Below, piece by piece: positions 34,798 through 39,215 of a stretch of 39,215 nt of DNA. The first letter of the stretch is position 1. Each line of letters starts with the position of its first letter. The stretch is from positions 1 to 39,215 of the forward strand of contig CALDMJ010000216.1 of assembly GCA_937914725.1 (NCBI GenBank). Reading direction: 5' to 3'. A model generated the notes under the pieces. The model saw only the letters and a program-made list of their open reading frames with translations. It was not told the DNA's origin and searched no databases. This DNA is from an uncultured Clostridia bacterium (GTDB lineage Bacteria; Bacillota; Clostridia; Christensenellales; UBA1242). The position numbers were made by a program, and so were the translations under genes.

Positions 34798-36948
34798 CTA
34801 AAATTCTCTATCTAGTCTCATTGAGAGCGCGATTTTGTTTCTTTCAACGTCCACGCTCTTGATTTTCACTTTAACTTGGTCACCTACTTGCACTTCTTCG
34901 GACGGATGCTTGATATAGCGGTCACAAATTTCGGAAATATGCACAAGTCCGTCTTGGTGAACCCCTATATCGACAAACACGCCAAAGTCCACAACATTTC
35001 TAACGACGCCATCAAACACCATATTTTTTTGCAAATCGTTGATATCCATAACGTCAGTACGCAAAACTGGTTGTGGTAATGAGTCACGAATATCTCTACC
35101 CGGCTTCATAATTTCATCAATAATGTCCTCAAGTGTAGGAACACCAACACCGCATTCTTCGGCGAGTTTTTCAAGCCCGTAGTGTTCGGCTTTCTTTCTC
35201 AAAAGTTCGACACCATTATTTTTTACATCATCCTCGCTATAACCCAAAGTTTTGAGCATTTTTTCCGCTGCGGCATAACTTTCTGGGTGGACTGCAGTGT
35301 TATCGAGAATATTGTCGGCTCCGACAATGCGCAGGAAACCTGCACATTGTGTAAACGCTTTTTCGCCGAATTTTGGAACATTCAAAAGTTCGCTGCGCGT
35401 CTTAAATGCGCCGTGGTCTTTGCGGTATTCGACAATTTTCTTCGCAGTACCCATATTAAGGCCTGAGATGCGCGCAAGCAATGGGTATGAAGCAGTATTG
35501 AGGTCGACGCCGACACTGTTGACGCAGTCTTCTACAACACCGTCAAGGACTTGTCCGAGTCTTGCCTGCGGCATATCGTGTTGGTATTGCCCTACCCCAA
35601 TTGATTTTGTATCAATTTTAATGAGTTCGGCAAGTGGGTCTTGCAGACGGCGTGCGATACTCGTTGCGCTGCGGACGGTAACATCGTATTGTGGAAATTC
35701 TTCAGTACCGAGTTTTGAAGCACTATATACTGATGCCCCTGCTTCATTTGTCATTGCGTATGTTACGGGGCGGTCGACTTCTTTTAGTAGGTTTGCGACA
35801 AAGATTTCGCTTTCCTTGCTGGCTGTTCCATTCCCAATTGAGATTACGTCAATTTTGTATTTGTTAATCAAATCTTTGATTATTGTTTTTGCGCCCTCAA
35901 TGTCGTTTTGAGGTGGCGTTGGATATGCAACTTTGAAGTCAAGTAGATTACCATTTGCGTCGACGACTGCGAGTTTGCAACCTGTTCTATATGCGGGGTC
36001 AAATCCCAAAACCACTTTGCCTTTAAGTGGCGGCTGCATCAAGAGTGGACGGAGATTGAGTTCGAACATTTTTATTGCTTGTTCGTTTGCAATATCTGTC
36101 AAGATGTTGCGAATTTCGCGTGCGATGGAAGTTTCAATCAAACGCGAGTATGAGTCAGCGATAACTTCGTCCATAATTTCGCCATAGTCGCCATTTTTCT
36201 TTTTGAACATTTCTTTCAAAAACTCAAGCGAGCGCTCTTCATCCATTTCGATGTCGACTTTCAAGCAGCCTTCTTTTTCGCCACGATTGAGTGCTAGTAT
36301 GCGGTGGCTTGGAATTGTTTCAACTTTTTCGCTGAACGCCTTATAGACCTCATATTTTTTCGCTTCTTCGCTATCGGTCAATTTCGAGGTAATTTTTGCA
36401 TATTGTCCAAACAAAGTGCGGAGCGCTTTGCGCATTTCAGCGTTGTCGGAGATCATTTCAGCGATGATATCTTTTGCGCCTGCGATTGCATCCTCTGGGG
36501 TTGCGACTTCTTCGTTAACAAAAGTTCTTGCGTATTCATTGAGGTCTTGCGTAGCGCTTTGCGCGAAAATATAGTCGGCAAGTGGTTGCAAACCTTTTGC
36601 AATTGCCATTGAGGCACGTGTCTTGCGCTTTGGCTTGAATGGGCGGTAAATGTCCTCAACTTCAGTCATCGTTTTTGCATTATCTAGTGCAGTTTGAATT
36701 TCAGGCGTCATCTTTTCTTGTTCAGTGATAAGACGCGCAACTTCTTCTTTACGGTTTGTCAAGTTGCGAAGATATGTGAGTCTGTCGGCGAACTCGCGCA
36801 AAACTTCGTCACTTGCAGAACCTGTCATTTCCTTGCGGTAGCGGGCAATGAAAGGAATTGTGCATCCTTCGTCAATAAGCCCAATTATATTGTTTACGTG
36901 GAATTCACTCATTGAAAATTCCTGTGTCAATGTTTCAACTATTGTCAT
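34798..36948 (-). CDS. tex: Tex-like transcription accessory protein (YqgF/HhH/S1 domains)
   Basis: 716 aa. N-terminus has TIPFIARYRKEMTG. The C-terminal S1 domain has GVVRNVVDFGVFVDIGVHQDGLVHISE. AGGAG RBS precedes the ATG at 36948. Confidence 0.9.
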   Translation of the reverse strand: MTIVETLTQEFSMSEFHVNNIIGLIDEGCTIPFIARYRKEMTGSASDEVLREFADRLTYLRNLTNRKEEVARLITEQEKMTPEIQTALDNAKTMTEVEDIYRPFKPKRKTRASMAIAKGLQPLADYIFAQSATQDLNEYARTFVNEEVATPEDAIAGAKDIIAEMISDNAEMRKALRTLFGQYAKITSKLTDSEEAKKYEVYKAFSEKVETIPSHRILALNRGEKEGCLKVDIEMDEERSLEFLKEMFKKKNGDYGEIMDEVIADSYSRLIETSIAREIRNILTDIANEQAIKMFELNLRPLLMQPPLKGKVVLGFDPAYRTGCKLAVVDANGNLLDFKVAYPTPPQNDIEGAKTIIKDLINKYKIDVISIGNGTASKESEIFVANLLKEVDRPVTYAMTNEAGASVYSASKLGTEEFPQYDVTVRSATSIARRLQDPLAELIKIDTKSIGVGQYQHDMPQARLGQVLDGVVEDCVNSVGVDLNTASYPLLARISGLNMGTAKKIVEYRKDHGAFKTRSELLNVPKFGEKAFTQCAGFLRIVGADNILDNTAVHPESYAAAEKMLKTLGYSEDDVKNNGVELLRKKAEHYGLEKLAEECGVGVPTLEDIIDEIMKPGRDIRDSLPQPVLRTDVMDINDLQKNMVFDGVVRNVVDFGVFVDIGVHQDGLVHISEICDRYIKHPSEEVQVGDQVKVKIKSVDVERNKIALSMRLDREF

Positions 36949-36975
36949 AAATTTCTCCTGTCATTTGAATATTTT

Positions 36976-37004
36976 ATTATACCACATTTTTTTTAGTTTT
37001 CCAA
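36976..37004 (-). promoter_or_regulatory. Promoter of the tex-serS-argS operon
   Basis: On the minus strand: TTGGAA (37004-36999), a 17-nt spacer ending in TGG, then TATAAT (36981-36976). Confidence 0.6.
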
Positions 37005-37120
37005 CTTTTTTAGCAAACACATTTTAATATTGGTATTAAATACTCTAAAGCAAATAGATTTCAATTATATTAATACCATTTGTCTAAATTAGTGCCTAAA
37101 CAACAGTGTTTTGTGGCAAT

Positions 37121-37146
37121 AAAAAAATAGGCATTCAAACCTATTC
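37121..37146 (-). terminator. Weak terminator after the ASCH gene
   Basis: aatagg/cctatt stem with an 8-nt loop, followed on the minus strand by T7. It starts 8 nt after the stop at 37154. Confidence 0.4.
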
Positions 37147-37153
37147 CAATATT

Positions 37154-37486
37154 TCACAAGTTAACCCAAATTATTGCACCGTTGGGATGTTTATAACTGC
37201 GCGGAGTTGCATAACGTTCGGCGTCTACCAAGACCCACGCAAAAGTTCTTTTATAAGGCAAAAAAGATGTGTCTTTTATGCAATGTTTACTTTCATTGTT
37301 TTGAAAACCAATATGTGACAATTCAATACAATCAACAAGTTTACATTTACCTACAACAAGTCCGCTACCGCTTTGTATCAATTCAATTTCGCCACGTATG
37401 TGCGTATTGCTGCCGCGAATTTCCCAAGTTTTTTGACCATCCAAAATGTAATCTATCCACGGCTTTTTTATCAAAAGCGCTTTCAT
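37154..37486 (-). CDS. ASCH (PUA-like) domain protein
   Basis: 110 aa. MKALLIKKPWIDYILDGQKTWEIRG is the typical ASCH N-terminal strand pattern. AAGGGG RBS. Confidence 0.75.
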   Translation of the reverse strand: MKALLIKKPWIDYILDGQKTWEIRGSNTHIRGEIELIQSGSGLVVGKCKLVDCIELSHIGFQNNESKHCIKDTSFLPYKRTFAWVLVDAERYATPRSYKHPNGAIIWVNL

Positions 37487-37526
37487 TCTTTCCCCTTTTT
37501 ATATTAATATATATATTGTTTTTTTA

Positions 37527-38192
37527 TTATGGTATCAAAATGCCGATAGTTGGAAAAATTAGTGCCATAGATACAAAAAACAGCACCTTTCCTGCTCGTT
37601 TTTGACACCTAAGCATCAAAAATAGCTCGACAATAAATAATGCGGCATACACCAAAACAAGAAAAATTGAGAAAAAATTACTGATTAATGCTTTGCCTGC
37701 TGCACTTGCATTCAACTTGATGAAAAACAACATTATAGCAAGTCCAAATAAAATGCAGTGTGCCACAAAGATTGTAATTAACATTGGGAAATCACTTTTT
37801 CGCTTTTTCATTAGTCCTGCGCCCAATTCTTTGGATGATTCACTTTCGCTTAGTGCTTCACTGTTTTTATTTTGCAGGTCAGCTATAATTTGCTCTGCAA
37901 TTTCTTCGTACTTTGACTTCTTATAATTATCGTTTGAAGATTCTTGAGAAACTTGCTCATTATTATTTCGTGTTATCTCGTTGTTTTGGGGGTCGATAAC
38001 GATTTTGTTTGCGTTATTAAACTTTTCATCAGTTTTATTGTTTAATTCACCAAAATTTGTTTCATTTGTTTTTCTTTCTTTTGGCTTTATATATTCGCCG
38101 TCAATTTCGTTGGCACGTTTGTTGTAGTCAAAATTGTCGACGTTTTTGTTCCAGTCATTAAAGCCACGCCCACTTAAATCATTCCTTGCCAT
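37527..38192 (-). CDS. Hypothetical membrane protein: Asn/Lys-rich N-terminal half and about 3 C-terminal TM helices
   Basis: 221 aa. AAGGAG RBS overlaps the end of deoC. The hydrophobic segments are MLITIFVAHCILFGLAIMLFFI, ISNFFSIFLVLVYAALFIVELFLML and VLFFVSMALIFPTIGILI. Confidence 0.7.
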   Translation of the reverse strand: MARNDLSGRGFNDWNKNVDNFDYNKRANEIDGEYIKPKERKTNETNFGELNNKTDEKFNNANKIVIDPQNNEITRNNNEQVSQESSNDNYKKSKYEEIAEQIIADLQNKNSEALSESESSKELGAGLMKKRKSDFPMLITIFVAHCILFGLAIMLFFIKLNASAAGKALISNFFSIFLVLVYAALFIVELFLMLRCQKRAGKVLFFVSMALIFPTIGILIP

Positions 38193-38198
38193 ATAGTT

Positions 38199-38843
38199 TT
38201 ACTCCTTTGAAACAAGTGCTACGCCACTACTTGTGCCGATTCGCACTGCCCCTGCATTTATTAATTCTTCCGCAAATTCTTTCGTTTTTATGCCGCCGCT
38301 TGCTTTTATTTTGATTGCATTATTCGCGGCGGCTGCCATTGTTTTGACGTCGTCAAGACTCGCCCCACGCGTACTAAATCCTGTGCTTGTTTTGATAAAA
38401 TCTGCGCCAGCGGCAACGCATAATTGCGTCAATTTTGTGATTTGCTCAGTGCTAAGATAGCAAGTTTCTGCAATTACTTTTAGCGTTTTTTTGCGTGAAA
38501 TTCCACGAATCGCGGCTATTTCTTTTTTGACATAATCGAAATCGCCTGAAATTGCCGCTCCAATATTAATTACCATATCAATTTCGTCCGCACCATTATC
38601 AATTGCGTTTTGTGCTTCAAAACACTTAGTCTCTGTGGTATTTTGTCCGAGAGGAAACCCGATAACTGTACAAACCTTAATATTTGAGCCTTGCAACGCC
38701 TTTTTTGCTGCGCTTACGTAACACGGATTGACGCAAACGGCACAAAAATTATTCTCAACCGCCTCCGCACATAATTTATGTATATCACTTAGCGTTGTCG
38801 TTGCTTTTAAAAGCGTGTGGTCTATATATTTATTTAATTCCAT
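38199..38843 (-). CDS. deoC: Deoxyribose-phosphate aldolase
   Basis: 214 aa. Motifs: IDHTLLKATTT, VCVNPCYV, VIGFPLGQ, GADEIDMVINIG, LKVIAET, ADFIKTSTGF (Schiff-base Lys region) and IKASGGI. Confidence 0.92.
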   Translation of the reverse strand: MELNKYIDHTLLKATTTLSDIHKLCAEAVENNFCAVCVNPCYVSAAKKALQGSNIKVCTVIGFPLGQNTTETKCFEAQNAIDNGADEIDMVINIGAAISGDFDYVKKEIAAIRGISRKKTLKVIAETCYLSTEQITKLTQLCVAAGADFIKTSTGFSTRGASLDDVKTMAAAANNAIKIKASGGIKTKEFAEELINAGAVRIGTSSGVALVSKE

Positions 38844-38862
38844 AAATATCTCCCTTTTTGAT

Positions 38863-38890
38863 ATTTTATCATACTTTATACAATATTCAA
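38863..38890 (-). promoter_or_regulatory. Candidate deoC promoter
   Basis: On the minus strand: TTGAAT (38890-38885), a 16-nt spacer, then TAAAAT (38868-38863). GGGAG RBS precedes the ATG at 38843. Confidence 0.5.
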
Positions 38891-38893
38891 AGC

Positions 38894-38918
38894 AAAAAGC
38901 AGTGGCTTTGCCACTGCT
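38894..38918 (-). terminator. Rho-independent terminator of the upstream (right-edge) gene
   Basis: agcagtggc (38898-38906) - ttt - gccactgct (38910-38918), followed on the minus strand by TTTT. Confidence 0.7.
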
Positions 38919-39067
38919 AAAGTGCGTTTTATCTAATTTTTTTTGGGGGGAATTAACACAATTTTCTCATACAATTAGCAAACAATTGTGTCTTAAAAAT
39001 TACATTAAGATTAACATACTTTATTAAATTGCTATGAAGTATGTAACTATAATTTTATTCTACTATA

Positions 39068-39215
39068 TCAAAGTAATTTTTTCTTTATTGACTCAAGGTC
39101 ATAGACATCTTTGCTTGTCAAATTGCCAAGTGCAGTAACCCAAATTTTATTGTTTTTGTTGTTAAACAGCCCGATATAGTCGTTTACATCTTCAATCGTT
39201 ACGTTTTTGAGTTCT
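39068..39215 (-). CDS. C-terminal 48 codons of a gene whose start lies beyond the right edge; product unknown
   Basis: Hand translation of the minus frame from 39214 gives ELKNVTIEDVNDYIGLFNNKNNKIWVTALGNLTSKDVYDLESIKKKLL, then TGA at 39070-39068. The other two minus frames hit stops within about 8 codons of the window edge. Resemblance to M16-peptidase C-termini is only vague. Confidence 0.4.
   Translation of the reverse strand, partial: ELKNVTIEDVNDYIGLFNNKNNKIWVTALGNLTSKDVYDLESIKKKLL

Noticed and set aside
31903-35911. Long plus-strand ORFs antisense to argS (31903-32673), serS (33852-34484) and tex (35297-35911)
   Set aside because: These are shadow ORFs opposite genes with unmistakable conserved motifs, and their translations are low complexity. 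The same applies to 8676-9233, which lies opposite sipW.
38937-38991. T8G6 homopolymer tract (38937-38950) and ACACAATT...AATTGTGT inverted repeat (38956-38991), considered as a phase-variation site or operator
   Set aside because: Both lie in the 3-prime untranslated spacer between the stop of the upstream gene and its terminator. They are not inside a promoter spacer or a coding region, so there is no obvious regulatory consequence.
1-39215. Prophage, integrative element or genomic island boundaries
   Set aside because: I saw no integrase, transposase, tRNA, flanking direct repeats or sharp compositional break. Housekeeping genes are interleaved with the surface genes.

Overview
The window looks like low-GC Gram-positive (Bacillota/Clostridia-like) chromosome. 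The lineage call is an inference from AGGAGG-type ribosome-binding sites (RBS), TTGACA/TATAAT promoters that often carry an extended -10 (TGn), and gene content. I saw no tRNA, rRNA, CRISPR array, transposase or integrase.

About half of the bases encode two giant cell-surface proteins.

(1) An open-ended minus-strand ORF runs from 6341 to the left edge. It has more than 2113 codons and is missing from the supplied ORF track because it runs off the window. It encodes a lipoprotein with Ig-like modules and a block of GLUG-motif repeats.

(2) A 4363-codon ORF (11364-24455, minus) encodes a protein with one N-terminal membrane anchor. The anchor is followed by roughly 35-40 diverged FN3-like modules and a unique Trp/Tyr-rich C-terminal domain of about 370 aa.

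Between the two giant genes sits a sipW-type signal peptidase operon with two TasA/camelysin-like secreted proteins. One of these has an unusual Pro/Ala/Lys-rich N-terminal extension of about 96 aa. gltX sits on the opposite strand. I consider this cluster (two giant adhesin-like proteins plus a SipW/TasA-like fibre module) the most interesting candidate system in the window.

The right half is mostly housekeeping: a possible Myb/RsfA-like regulator, an orphan protein, two tandem YugP-family Zn-metallopeptidase paralogs, a long U32-family protein, a tight tex-serS-argS operon with no room for T-box leaders, an ASCH protein, a membrane protein, deoC, and a C-terminal gene fragment at the right edge.

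Non-coding observations:
- An 81-84 bp tandem repeat carrying a terminator-like hairpin lies upstream of the lipoprotein gene.
- The same 15-nt hairpin core recurs 32 kb away.
- A near-consensus promoter is embedded in the argS terminator, placed so that the U32 mRNA could be leaderless.

All functional calls rest on motifs read by eye. No database search was possible.
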